DNA of 64,000 nt, from the NCBI GenBank assembly GCA_965232515.1, contig CBDDPY010000002.1, positions 928,001 through 992,000 on the forward strand, read 5' to 3'. This DNA comes from Alphaproteobacteria bacterium (GTDB lineage Bacteria; Pseudomonadota; Alphaproteobacteria; GCA-2731375). Shown here in pieces: positions 32,362 to 44,528 of the stretch. The notes under the pieces are model-generated. The model ran no database searches, had not been told where the DNA came from, and saw only the letters and a list, made by a program, of their open reading frames with translations. Positions within the stretch are counted from its first letter, which is position 1. Every line of letters begins with the position of its first letter. The translations under genes and the position numbers were made by a program.

Positions 32362-33060
32362 ATGACGAGCACCGAACCGATCCGCATCAACGCCGCCGGC
32401 TTGGTCGCCGGCGCGGTACGGATCGCGCCAGTGGCCGTTTTCGTGGTGCCGTTCGGCCTGGCGTTCGGCGCCGCCGCAATCCAGGTCGGCCTGGGGGCCG
32501 GGCAGGCGACCTTGATGAGCGCGGTGGTCCATGCCGGTGCCTCGCAATTCGTCGCCCTCGACTTCTGGACACATCCACTCACGCTCCTTCCGCTGCTACT
32601 CGCCGTCTTCGCCGTCAACGCACGGCACCTCCTGCTCGGGGCAGCGCTGTACCCATGGATGCGGCCCTTGCCCGCCTGGCAGCGCTACACCTCGGCGGCA
32701 CTGATCAGCGACGCCAACTGGGCCATGGCCATGGCGGCCTACGAGAAGGGCGAGCGGGATCTCGGCCTGCTGCTCGGCAGCGGGCTGATGATGTGGCTGA
32801 CCTGGGTCGGCGGCACGGCCCTTGGCGCCGGCCTGGGCGCCCAGCTGGCGGCGCCGGAACGGCTCGGCCTGGACGCGCTGATGCTCACCTTCTTCGCCTG
32901 CGTTCTGGTCGACATGGGCCGGCGCGAGCATATCGCGCGGCCCTGGAGCGCCGCCGCGCTCGCGGCGCTGGCCGCGGTCTGGCTGCTGCCGCCGAACTGG
33001 CACATCCTGGCCGGCGGTATCGCCGGCGGTCTGGTCGGGGCGTTCGCCCATGATCGCTGA
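32362..33060 (+). CDS. AzlC-family (LIV-E) exporter, large subunit
   Basis: FGLAFG, MSAVVHAGASQF, VNARHLLLG, SDANWA. Confidence 0.9.
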   Translation: MTSTEPIRINAAGLVAGAVRIAPVAVFVVPFGLAFGAAAIQVGLGAGQATLMSAVVHAGASQFVALDFWTHPLTLLPLLLAVFAVNARHLLLGAALYPWMRPLPAWQRYTSAALISDANWAMAMAAYEKGERDLGLLLGSGLMMWLTWVGGTALGAGLGAQLAAPERLGLDALMLTFFACVLVDMGRREHIARPWSAAALAALAAVWLLPPNWHILAGGIAGGLVGAFAHDR

Positions 33061-33352
33061 AGGCGTCACGCTCGCTGCCATTGCCGGCATGAGCGCCGTG
33101 ACGTATGCAAGCCGGATCGGCGGCCTGTGGCTGATGGCCTTCGTGCCATTGACCGACCGGGTCGCACGGGCCTTGAAGGCGCTGTCGGGCTCGGTGCTGA
33201 TCGCCCTCGTCGTGCCGGCGACATTGCAGGGCGACGCGGCCATGCGCTTCGCTGTCGTCGCCGCCGTCTGCGCCACGGCCGCGACCGGCCGGACCATACC
33301 GTCGATGCTACTGGGCGTCGCCGTCGCCGCCGGCTATCGCGCGCTCGCCTGA
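33050..33352 (+). CDS. AzlD-family exporter, small subunit
   Basis: IAGMSAVTYASRIGG, SVLIALVVP; overlaps azlC. Confidence 0.85.
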   Translation: MIAEGVTLAAIAGMSAVTYASRIGGLWLMAFVPLTDRVARALKALSGSVLIALVVPATLQGDAAMRFAVVAAVCATAATGRTIPSMLLGVAVAAGYRALA

Positions 33353-33409
33353 CCGGTCAGAAGCGCGCCTCGCCGCCTCTTACAATCGGATTTTAGCTGG
33401 GCGTTTCGA

Positions 33410-34255
33410 TCAGACCGCGCCGTATTGGATCACCTCGACCTGATCCTGCGGTGCGTAGAAGTAGGAGCCCGGCCGGAAGTCGTAGCCGAGATCGCCGAGC
33501 AGGCGGCGCTGGCGCGGCGTGGCCCGCGCCTTGACCTCGGACGTCGTCTCGAAGTCATAGGCGCGTACACACATCTGGCAGTAATTGTAGAGCAGTGTCT
33601 TGCGGGCGCGGCCCGACAGGTTCGGCGCCGGCCCGTGCCACAGCGCGTGCGAAAACAGGAAACAGTCGCCGGCCTTGCCAGTCAGTTGCACCGCGCCCGG
33701 CGCATGCGGCGACAGCGGCGGTTCAGCGGCCTCCGGGAACGGCCGCATATGGCTGCCTGGAAACACCGTGAAATTGCCGCTGTCGGGGACGTCCACGTCG
33801 GTCAGCAGGTAGAGCGCCTTCATGGCCAGCGGCCGGCTGGTCTCGGTCACGCGGATCCGGCGCAAGGCCTCGCCGCCATCGGTGTGCGTGTAGCCCGGAA
33901 AGTCCGGGGTCGATGCCCGCACGATTGCCTGTGTCATGCTGAGCAGAATGTAGGGCCCCATGATGTCGACGATCAGGTCGAAGACGTTCGGCCGGTCGAT
34001 CAGGTCGATGAAGGCGTCGTGATAGGGCAGGATGTCGCGGCGGTCCATGAACGCTTCGGGATCGGCATCCGGATTGCGCTCGACCCAGCCGTAGTGGCCG
34101 AGCGGCAGGTCGGCCGGTTCCCATCCCGGCTTCGACCGCATCGCATCGATCTGACCGCAGAAGAACGCGACCTCGTCCGGGGCCAACGCCTGCTCCAGGT
34201 GGAGAAAGCCGTTGATCGCCCAATCGTCGCGTTGCCGTTCGCTGAGCTTGCGCAT
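33410..34255 (-). CDS. Phytanoyl-CoA dioxygenase (PhyH)-family Fe(II)/2-oxoglutarate enzyme
   Basis: NGFL, HTD (HxD), PGSH, GKAGD..LF..LWHG..N.S..ARK. Confidence 0.88.
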   Translation of the reverse strand: MRKLSERQRDDWAINGFLHLEQALAPDEVAFFCGQIDAMRSKPGWEPADLPLGHYGWVERNPDADPEAFMDRRDILPYHDAFIDLIDRPNVFDLIVDIMGPYILLSMTQAIVRASTPDFPGYTHTDGGEALRRIRVTETSRPLAMKALYLLTDVDVPDSGNFTVFPGSHMRPFPEAAEPPLSPHAPGAVQLTGKAGDCFLFSHALWHGPAPNLSGRARKTLLYNYCQMCVRAYDFETTSEVKARATPRQRRLLGDLGYDFRPGSYFYAPQDQVEVIQYGAV

Positions 34256-34419
34256 GACCGCCTGACCTCATCCATCCGGTCGATCGCGCCGCGCAATGCC
34301 GGGCGCTTATCGACCCGCCAGGGATATCAGTCGTCAGCCTAGCCGCTCGGTCTCAGCGGAACAACGCAAGGCAGGATTGCGCTCCCTGCATGAAACGGCG
34401 CGGCCGCGTGAACCCGGTA

Positions 34420-36234
34420 TCAGGCGTCGCCTTCGTCGGCACGGACTTTTACGTATGAGCCCGGCGCGTCCTCGATGACCTTGGCCTTGTCGCTGCCGGG
34501 CGTGCGGGCGGCGACCTTCGGGCCCGATTGCTTCGCCACCCATTTCTGCCAGTTCGGCCACCAGGAGCCCGCGTGCGGCGTTGCGCCGGCGAACCATTCC
34601 TCGGGCGTCGCCGGATTCTTCGCGTTGGTCCAGTAGCCGTACTTTTCGGCCGACGGCGGATTGACCACGCCCGCGATGTGACCCGAGCCCGCAAGCGTGA
34701 ACTGGGTCTTGCCCTTGTAGAGCTGGGTCGCCACGTAGGTCGCGCGCCAGGGCGCGATATGGTCTTCCTTGGTCGACAGAATGTAGATCGGCATATCGAC
34801 GGTCGAGAGATCGATCGGCACCCCGTCGAGCTCGATGCCGCCCGGCTTCGACAGCAGATTTTCCTGATACATGTTGCGCAAGTAGAACATGTGCATGGCC
34901 CGCGGCATGCGGGTCGAATCGCTGTTCCAGTACAAGAGATCGAACGGGAAGGGGTCCCGGCCCATCAGATAATTGTTGATCACGAACGACCAGATCAGGT
35001 CATTCGCCCGCAGCATGTTGAAGGTTGTCGCCATCGACCTGCCTTCGAGATAGCCGCCCGACTTCTCCATCCGCTCGTCCAGCGCCTCGAGCTGCTCCTC
35101 GTCGATGAACACCGACAGCTCGCCCGGCGCTTCGAAATCGACCAGCGCGGTGAAGAACGTCGTCGCCTTGATCCGCTCGTCGCCCTTGGCCTTCATGTAG
35201 GCCAGCGTCGCCGCCGTCAACGTACCGCCCAGGCAATAGCCGATGACGCTGAACTCGTTGACGCCGGTCGCCGCCTCGGCGCCGTCCAGCGCCGCCAGCA
35301 GGCCCTCGAACATGTAGTCCTCGAAGCTCTTCTTCGAGAGCTGCGCGTCGGGATTGACCCAGGAGATTACGAACACCGTCAGGCCCTGGTCGACGGCCCA
35401 CTTGATGAACGAGTTCTGCGGCTTCAGATCCAGGATGTAGAACTTGTTGATCCATGGCGGCACGATCACCAGGGGCCGTTTGTGCACCTTTTCGGTCGTC
35501 GGCTCGTACTGGATCAACTGCATCAGGTCGGTCTGCCAGACCACCTTGCCCGGCGTCACGGCGATATTGCTGCCGACCTCGAAGGCGTCCTCGTCGGTCA
35601 TCTGGATCGCGAGCTGGCCTTTGCCGCGCTCCAGGTCTTCGAGCATGTGGTCGAGACCCCGCACCAGGTTCTCGCCGTTCTGTTCAAGTGTCGCGCGCAA
35701 TACCTCCGGATTGGTCAACACAAAGTTGCTGGGCGCCATGGCGTCGATGAACTGTCGGGTATAAAAATCCACCTTTTGAGCGGATTTCTCGTCCAGTCCG
35801 TCGATATCCTTGACCGTGTTCTGCATCCAGCGCGCGGTCAGCAGATAGGACTGTTTGATGAAATCGAACACCTGATTCTCTTGCCAGGCGGCGTCCCGGA
35901 ACCGCCGGTCGGCTTTCGGCGTGTCGATCACCGGATCGGCGGTCTCGCCCATCATCCGCTTCGCCGCCTGCTGCCAGAGGCTCAGATAGTCCTCCCAGAG
36001 GCCGAGCTGGGCTTCGACCAGCTTTTGCGGATTGGCCATCATCTTGGCCGTCATTTCCAGGAAGGCGCTGCCCACGTTCAACGGATCGGCCGGCCCCAAA
36101 CCGCCGTTTTCCCCCTGTTTCTTGAGAAATTCGGACACCAGCTGCTGGCTCTGGGTGGCCACCCGGACCATATTCTTGGCGAATTCGGCCGGATCCGGCA
36201 GCGGGAGGTCCTGATCGTCGGCGCTTTTGCTCAT
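34420..36234 (-). CDS. phaC: Class I poly(R)-hydroxyalkanoate synthase
   Basis: DRRF, SNFVLTNP, PPWINKFYILDL, lipase box GYCLGG, DHIAPW, SGHIAG, GSWW. Confidence 0.96.
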   Translation of the reverse strand: MSKSADDQDLPLPDPAEFAKNMVRVATQSQQLVSEFLKKQGENGGLGPADPLNVGSAFLEMTAKMMANPQKLVEAQLGLWEDYLSLWQQAAKRMMGETADPVIDTPKADRRFRDAAWQENQVFDFIKQSYLLTARWMQNTVKDIDGLDEKSAQKVDFYTRQFIDAMAPSNFVLTNPEVLRATLEQNGENLVRGLDHMLEDLERGKGQLAIQMTDEDAFEVGSNIAVTPGKVVWQTDLMQLIQYEPTTEKVHKRPLVIVPPWINKFYILDLKPQNSFIKWAVDQGLTVFVISWVNPDAQLSKKSFEDYMFEGLLAALDGAEAATGVNEFSVIGYCLGGTLTAATLAYMKAKGDERIKATTFFTALVDFEAPGELSVFIDEEQLEALDERMEKSGGYLEGRSMATTFNMLRANDLIWSFVINNYLMGRDPFPFDLLYWNSDSTRMPRAMHMFYLRNMYQENLLSKPGGIELDGVPIDLSTVDMPIYILSTKEDHIAPWRATYVATQLYKGKTQFTLAGSGHIAGVVNPPSAEKYGYWTNAKNPATPEEWFAGATPHAGSWWPNWQKWVAKQSGPKVAARTPGSDKAKVIEDAPGSYVKVRADEGDA

Positions 36235-36447
36235 TCTGATGTTTCCCACTGGAACTTTGTTCGGGGCAGGTGTATCTGCGAACGACGGATTTGACGAACA
36301 AAATGTTAATCTTAGAATGGCTACATCGTCAGCAGGCCGTCGAAATGGAATTAACCATAAAGCGGCGCCGAACTGAAACAGAGCCTAGCCGTGGACTTAC
36401 GGTCTATCATATGGTGGCAAGGCAGGCTGCATTGACGATTTAGCCAG

Positions 36448-37830
36448 ATGCCCGGGAACATCGATCCGATGACGACAAACAGGCGAATCTCCGATCTGAA
36501 CTCACGGCTGCGCGCCGGCGTCGCCGTGGTGGCGCTGGGCGTCGCGCTCGGCGGCTGCTCTTACGTGCCGGACTGGGCCAATCCTGTGGCCTGGTATGAC
36601 GGCGTGTTCGGCGACGATGACAGCGACCGGCTGGCAAACGCCGAGCGGGCGGGCACGCCCCCAGGCCAGAACGAGAGCTATCCGAAGCTCTCCAGCGTGC
36701 CCGATCAGCCCGGCGCCGCGACGTCGGCGGGTGAGCGGCAGCAGATCGCACGAGGTCTGGTCTCGGACCGCGACAATGCCCGCTACACGGACCAGACCCT
36801 GCGCGGCACGGCGAGCGCCGGCACCCGGCTGTCGACCCGGCCGCTGACGCAGAATACGGCGACGTCGTCCATCGGCGCGGCGCAACAGCAACAGGCGCCG
36901 AGCGCCGGCGCGCTGCGCACAGCCACGGCGCAGCCCGACCGGACGCCGCGCTACGCCGTGCCGTCGATCGTGCAGCAGCGGCCGTCGGCCCCGCCGGCAC
37001 CGACGCCGCCCACGGCGGCGCCCCAGGTAACGGCGACGACGACACCCGTCGCACCGCCGGCCCCGCCCGCGCCGGCGGCGCCCGCCAATCAGCAGACAGC
37101 CGCGGTGGCCCCGCCACCGCCGCCGGCGCTGCCGCAGCTATCGACGTCGCCCGCCGCGCGGCCGGCGCCGTATGCGCCGCAATCCGCGTTCAACACGCCG
37201 TCGGTGCAGGTCAACCTGCCGATCTCGCCGGACCAGAATACGCTGAACCAGGTGTTCAACCAGAACCTGGCGGCGCAGGGCAATCCGACCGCGGGCTACG
37301 CCGGCAATCCGGCCTTCGTCGCACCCAGCGCCGGGCCGGGAACGCCCTGGGCCGCGCAGCAGCCAGCGCGCCCCGCCTACAACCAGTCGGTCACCTTCGA
37401 TCAGTCGCTGACCGACCGGCCGGTGCAGGTGGCGCTCGCCAACCCGACCGATCCGCAGCCCGGCCTCGCCGGCTACGGCAATGCGCCGGTCGCCGTGATC
37501 AAGTTCGGCCACAGCTCCAGCCAGTTGACCGGTCAGACCCGGCGTGCCGTGCGTCAGGTGGCGGAAACGGCGAAGCAGCACAACGGCTATGTCCGCGTCG
37601 TCGGCCATGCCAGCAGCCGCACCTCCAACATGGACTATTCGCAGCACAAGCTGATCAACTTCAACGTCTCGCTCGACAGGGCGCAGACGGTGGCGCAGCA
37701 ACTGGCGCGAGCCGGCGTGAACCCGCAGAACATCCTGGTCGAAGCCGTCGGCGACAATCAGCCGATCTATTACGAGTTCATGCCGAACGGCGAGGCCGAG
37801 AACCGCCGGGTCGAAATCTTTCTCGAATAG
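36448..37830 (+). CDS. Lipoprotein with long Pro/Ala/Thr/Gln-rich linker and C-terminal OmpA-like peptidoglycan-binding domain
   Basis: Lipobox LGGC; VVGHAS, N..VSLDRA..V, NRRVEIFL. Confidence 0.85.
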   Translation: MPGNIDPMTTNRRISDLNSRLRAGVAVVALGVALGGCSYVPDWANPVAWYDGVFGDDDSDRLANAERAGTPPGQNESYPKLSSVPDQPGAATSAGERQQIARGLVSDRDNARYTDQTLRGTASAGTRLSTRPLTQNTATSSIGAAQQQQAPSAGALRTATAQPDRTPRYAVPSIVQQRPSAPPAPTPPTAAPQVTATTTPVAPPAPPAPAAPANQQTAAVAPPPPPALPQLSTSPAARPAPYAPQSAFNTPSVQVNLPISPDQNTLNQVFNQNLAAQGNPTAGYAGNPAFVAPSAGPGTPWAAQQPARPAYNQSVTFDQSLTDRPVQVALANPTDPQPGLAGYGNAPVAVIKFGHSSSQLTGQTRRAVRQVAETAKQHNGYVRVVGHASSRTSNMDYSQHKLINFNVSLDRAQTVAQQLARAGVNPQNILVEAVGDNQPIYYEFMPNGEAENRRVEIFLE

Positions 37831-37907
37831 CCCGCCTCTCGGGTTATAAAACGGGGTACGGCGCGCCATCGTGGCGCGCCGTCATGCCGCGTTGAAGAAG
37901 CAACGAC

Positions 37908-39124
<1,217 letters not shown>

Positions 39125-39128
<4 letters not shown>

Positions 39129-40417
39129 GCAGCACATTACGTGTCGGCATTGCCGGCTTGGGCACGGTCGGCGCCGGCGTCGTCAAGCTGCTGGCGGCGC
39201 AGTCCGGCCTGCTGGCCCGGCGCAGCGGCAACGCCATCGCGGTCACCGCCGTGTCGGCCCGCAACCGTGGCCGGGACCGCGGCATCGACATCGGCCATCT
39301 GCGCTGGCACGACAATCCGGTGGACTTGGCCGCCGCCGACGACGTCGATGTCGTGGTCGAACTGATCGGCGGCGAGGACGGCCCGGCGAAGTCCGTGGTC
39401 GAAACCGCCATTGCCGCCGGCAAGCATGTCGTCACCGCCAACAAGGCGCTGGTCGCCCGGCACGGCACGGCACTGGCCCAGGCGGCGGAAGACGCAGGCG
39501 TGGCGCTCAACTTCGAGGCCGCCGTCGCCGGCGGCATCCCCATCGTCAAGGCCATGCGCGAGGGGCTGTCGGGCAACCGCTACAGCCGCGTCTACGGCAT
39601 CCTGAACGGCACCTGCAACTACATCCTGACCGAAATGGAAAGCACCGGCGCCGATTTCGGCGACGTGCTGCGCGAAGCCCAGGAGCTGGGCTATGCGGAG
39701 GCCGACCCGGCCTTCGATATCGACGGCGTCGACGCGGCGCACAAGCTTGCCATCCTGACCAGCCTCGCCTTCGGCTGCCCGGTCGACTTCGACGCCGTGC
39801 ATGTCGAGGGCATCCGTCCGGTCGAGGCCATCGACATCACCTTCGCGCGCGAGCTCGGCTACCGCATCAAGCTCCTGGCCATCGCCGGCCAGACGCCGCA
39901 CGGCATCGCCCAGCGCGTGCATCCCTGCATGGTGCCGGCGAACACGCCGATCGCCCATGTCGACGGCGTCTTCAACGCCGTTGTGGTCGACGGCGATTTC
40001 GTCGACCGCACGATCTACGAGGGCCGGGGCGCAGGCGAGGGGCCGACCGCGTCCGCCGTCGTCGCCGACATCGTCGACATCGCCCGCGGTATTCGCCTGC
40101 CGACCTTCTCGGTGCCGGCGAACAGCCTGGAAGCGCTGCCGGCGGCGGCGATGGAGCGCCACGTCGGCCCGTACTACATCCGTCTCGTCGTCTACGACCG
40201 GCCGGGCGTCATGGCCGACATCTCGGCCATCCTGCGGGACGAGCGGATCTCCATGGAATCGCTGCTGCAGCGCGGGCGCGCGCCCGACGAACCGGTGCCG
40301 CTGGTGATGATCACGCACGATACCGAGGAGGCGGCGATGACCAGCGCGCTGGCGAAGATCGGCAGTCTCGATTGCGTCTGCGAACCGCCGAAAATGATCC
40401 GAATCGAGTTACTCTAA
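39125..40417 (+). CDS. hom: Homoserine dehydrogenase with C-terminal ACT domain
   Basis: GLGTVG, VVTANKA, EAAVAGGIP, GILNGTCNYIL, GYAEADP, DRPGV. Confidence 0.97.
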
Positions 40418-40444
40418 AGAGATCAGCCTGAGGAGAGGGAAGGC

Positions 40445-41418
<974 letters not shown>

Positions 41419-41422
<4 letters not shown>

Positions 41423-43263
41423 CCGGCGCGACCGCCGCGGCCGATCCACAAACGGACGCCGCCTTTCTCGGCGTCGCCCACTCCCTGACCGGGCGCTTCT
41501 GGCGTCCCCGCCTGACCGACGACCGCACGGCGCAGGCCCTGGCCCAACGCTTGCGCGTACCCGAGGTGGTCGGCCGCGTGCTGGCCGCCCGCGGCGTGCC
41601 GCTCATGGAGGCGGAGAGCTTTCTGAAGCCGAGCCTGCGCGCGGCCCTGCCGGACCCCTCGCACCTGCTCGACATGGACCGCGCGGTCGATCGCATCGCC
41701 CATGCGATCCGGTCCGGCGAAACTGTCGCCGTGTTCGGCGACTATGACGTCGACGGCGCCACATCGTCCGCGCTGCTGAAACGGTTCTTTGACGCCGTCG
41801 GCGGCAATCTCAGGATCTACATCCCCGACCGCCGGACGGAGGGCTACGGTCCGAACGGCCCGGCCCTGCAGCGGCTGGCGGACGAGGGCGTGACGCTGGT
41901 CATCACCGTCGATTGCGGCGTCATGGCGTTCGACGCGCTCGATGCCGGCAAGGCGGCGGGCCTCGATGTCGTCGTTGTCGACCATCACCAGGCCGAACCG
42001 CGCCTGCCGACCGCGGCAGCCGTCGTCAATCCGAACCGGCTCGACGAGAGCACGCCGCACCGCAACCTGGCGGCCGTTGGCCTGACGTTCCTGCTGCTGG
42101 TCGCGCTGAACCGGCGCCTGCGGGCCGACGGCTGGTATGACGCCGCGCGGTCCGAGCCCGAACTGCTCGATATGCTCGATCTCGTCGCGCTCGGCACGGT
42201 TTGCGATGTCGTGCCGCTCACCGGCCTGAACCGCGTGCTGGTGGCCCAGGGCCTAAAGGTGATGGCGCGGCGCGGCAATCTGGGCCTGAAAACGCTGGCC
42301 GACGTCGCCGGCGTCAGCGAGCGTCCCGGGGCCTTCCATCTCGGCTATATCCTGGGCCCGCGGGTAAATGCCGGCGGCCGCATCGGCCAATCCGACCTCG
42401 GCGCCCGGCTGCTGACGACCGCTGATGCCGACGAGGCGCGGGCGCTCGCCGAGGAACTCGACCGCCTGAACCGCGAGCGTCAGGCGATCGAAGCGCAGGT
42501 CCTGGAACAGGCCACTGCCCTGGCCGAGGCCGAGACCGCGCCGGATGCGCCCCTGGTATTCGTCGCCGGCGACGGCTGGCATTCGGGCGTCGTCGGCATC
42601 GTCGCCAGCCGTTTGCGCGAACATTTCCATCGCCCGGCCTTCGTGCTCGGCCTGGAGGACGGCGAGGCAAAAGGCTCGGGCCGGTCGGTGCCCGGCGTCG
42701 ATCTCGGTGCCGCGGTGACGGCGGCGAAGCAGGCGGGCCTGCTGATCAACGGCGGCGGCCACGCCATGGCCGCGGGCGTCACCGTCGAAGGGGCGAAGCT
42801 CGAGGCACTGGCCGAATTCCTGTCCGACAGGCTGGCGCCGCAACTGGCCGCCGCGCCGCCGCCGAACAGCATCGGCATCGATGGCACGGTCAGCGTCTCC
42901 GGCGCCAACCGGCAGCTCTACGACATCGTCGAGGCGGCCGGACCCTTTGGCGCCGGTCACGCCGAGCCGCGTTTCGTCATTCCCGGCACCGATGTGGTCA
43001 AGGCCGATGTGGTCGGCGAGGCGCACGTGCGGGTGATTCTGGCCGGCGGCGACGGCGGCCGCCTGAAGGGCATCGCCTTCCGCGCCGCCGACAACGCGCT
43101 GGGCCAGGCCCTGCTGCAAAGCCATGGCGCGCGGCTGCATATCGCCGGTCATCTGCGGGCCGACGACTGGAACGGCCGGCGCCAGGCCCAGCTGATTATC
43201 GAGGACGCGGCCTTCGCGCATCAGCCGTCGGCAAGCCTTGATTATCCGCGCCGAACGGTCTAA
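41419..43263 (+). CDS. recJ: ssDNA-specific exonuclease RecJ
   Basis: GDYDVDG, TVDCG, VDHH, PRVNAGGR, GSGRS, GGHAMAAG; TTG start overlaps the glpX stop. Confidence 0.96.
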
Positions 43264-43266
43264 GTC
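43238..43266 (+). promoter_or_regulatory. tRNA-Glu promoter embedded in the recJ 3' end
   Basis: TTGATT-N17-TAAGTC, 11 nt before the tRNA. Confidence 0.5.
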
Positions 43267-43277
43267 ACTGCCGGCAC

Positions 43278-43353
43278 GACCCCGTGGTCTAAAGGTTAGG
43301 ATGTCGGCCTTTCAAGCCGGAGGTGTTGGGTTCAAGTCCCACCGGGGTCGCCA
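43278..43353 (+). tRNA. tRNA-Glu(TTC), atypical T-stem
   Basis: GACCCCG/CGGGGTC acceptor stem, anticodon loop CTTTCAA, GGTTCAAGTCC T-loop, encoded CCA; 76 nt. Confidence 0.9.
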
Positions 43354-43461
43354 GACGCCATCGGCGCGCGTCACAACCCACCCTAGACTGTCTCTGCGTA
43401 TTCTCCGCCACTTGCCAGAACCGGTCGCATTGCCGAAAGTGGCCGGCGAGGGAGAGTGGCC

Positions 43462-43713
43462 GTGAACAATGTCGTCTCGCAAATCCTGAAAATTCTGGTG
43501 ATCTGCCTGGTGGTCGGCGTCGTGCTGAACGCGCTCAGCATCGACGCGCTGTCGTTCGTGCGCTTCATCTCGCAGTCGATCCACAACGCGGCCGACCTGA
43601 TCGTTACCGTGGTCCAGTGGAGCATCGAGTATGTCCTGCTCGGCGCCGTCATCGTCGTGCCGATCTATCTGATCAAGCTCGGTATGAGCTATTTCAAGCG
43701 TAAGGGGTCGTAA
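43462..43713 (+). CDS. Small membrane protein (DUF6460-like)
   Basis: LKILVICLVVGVVL...YVLLGAVIVVPIYL; strong GAGGGAG RBS. Confidence 0.75.
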   Translation: MNNVVSQILKILVICLVVGVVLNALSIDALSFVRFISQSIHNAADLIVTVVQWSIEYVLLGAVIVVPIYLIKLGMSYFKRKGS

Positions 43714-43718
43714 CCGAG

Positions 43719-44528
43719 ATGAGCGAGATATCGATTGCCCGCGACGCCGGCGTCGCCGTCTGCACACTGACGCCGCCCGACGGCTATATGACGCAAACCA
43801 TGGTCGACGAGCTGGACAAGGTGACATCAGAGCTGGCCGAAGACGACGCCGTCCGCGCCGTGGTCCTGACCGGTGGCCATGACGGGATCTTTATCCGGCA
43901 TTATTCCGTCATCGAGCTGGAGGAGATGTCGCGCAAGCTCCGGGGCCGCAACCTGACGGTGACGCCCGAACGCCCGATCCCGGAACGCGACCTCGACTAT
44001 GTCTTCAAGCGCATGGGCGCCATGCCGAAGGCCGTGATCGCCGCTGTCAACGGCACCGCCATGGGCGGTGGCTTCGAATTGGCGCTGGCCTGCGACATCC
44101 GCATCGCCGCCTCAGGGGATTTCGCCCTCGGCCTGCCGGAGATCAATATCGGCCTGCTGCCGGGCGCCGGCGGCACGCAGCGTTTGGCCCGCATCGTCGG
44201 CCCGGCCCGCGCCCTCGAGATGGTCCTGCGCGGCCGCACCGTGACGCCGTCGGAGGCGCTGACGCTCGGCCTCGTGCATGAGGTCGTCGGGCCGCCGCCA
44301 GTGACCCGCGCCGTCGAGCTGGCGAAGGAACTGGCGGCCAAGCCGCCGCGCGCCGTCGCCCATATCAAACGCCTGATCCGCGACGACGCCAGCCGGCCGC
44401 TGGACGAGGGGCTGGCCATGGAGCGGACGCTGTTCCTGAATCTGCTGTTGTCGGACGACGCCCTCGACCGGATGCACAAGATGAACACCGGCGACCTCGA
44501 TATCCGCAGCACCGACCTGGACGGCTAA
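43719..44528 (+). CDS. Enoyl-CoA hydratase/isomerase family protein
   Basis: AVNGTAMGGGFELALACD, LPEINIGLLPGAGGTQRL (both catalytic Glu present). Confidence 0.92.
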   Translation: MSEISIARDAGVAVCTLTPPDGYMTQTMVDELDKVTSELAEDDAVRAVVLTGGHDGIFIRHYSVIELEEMSRKLRGRNLTVTPERPIPERDLDYVFKRMGAMPKAVIAAVNGTAMGGGFELALACDIRIAASGDFALGLPEINIGLLPGAGGTQRLARIVGPARALEMVLRGRTVTPSEALTLGLVHEVVGPPPVTRAVELAKELAAKPPRAVAHIKRLIRDDASRPLDEGLAMERTLFLNLLLSDDALDRMHKMNTGDLDIRSTDLDG

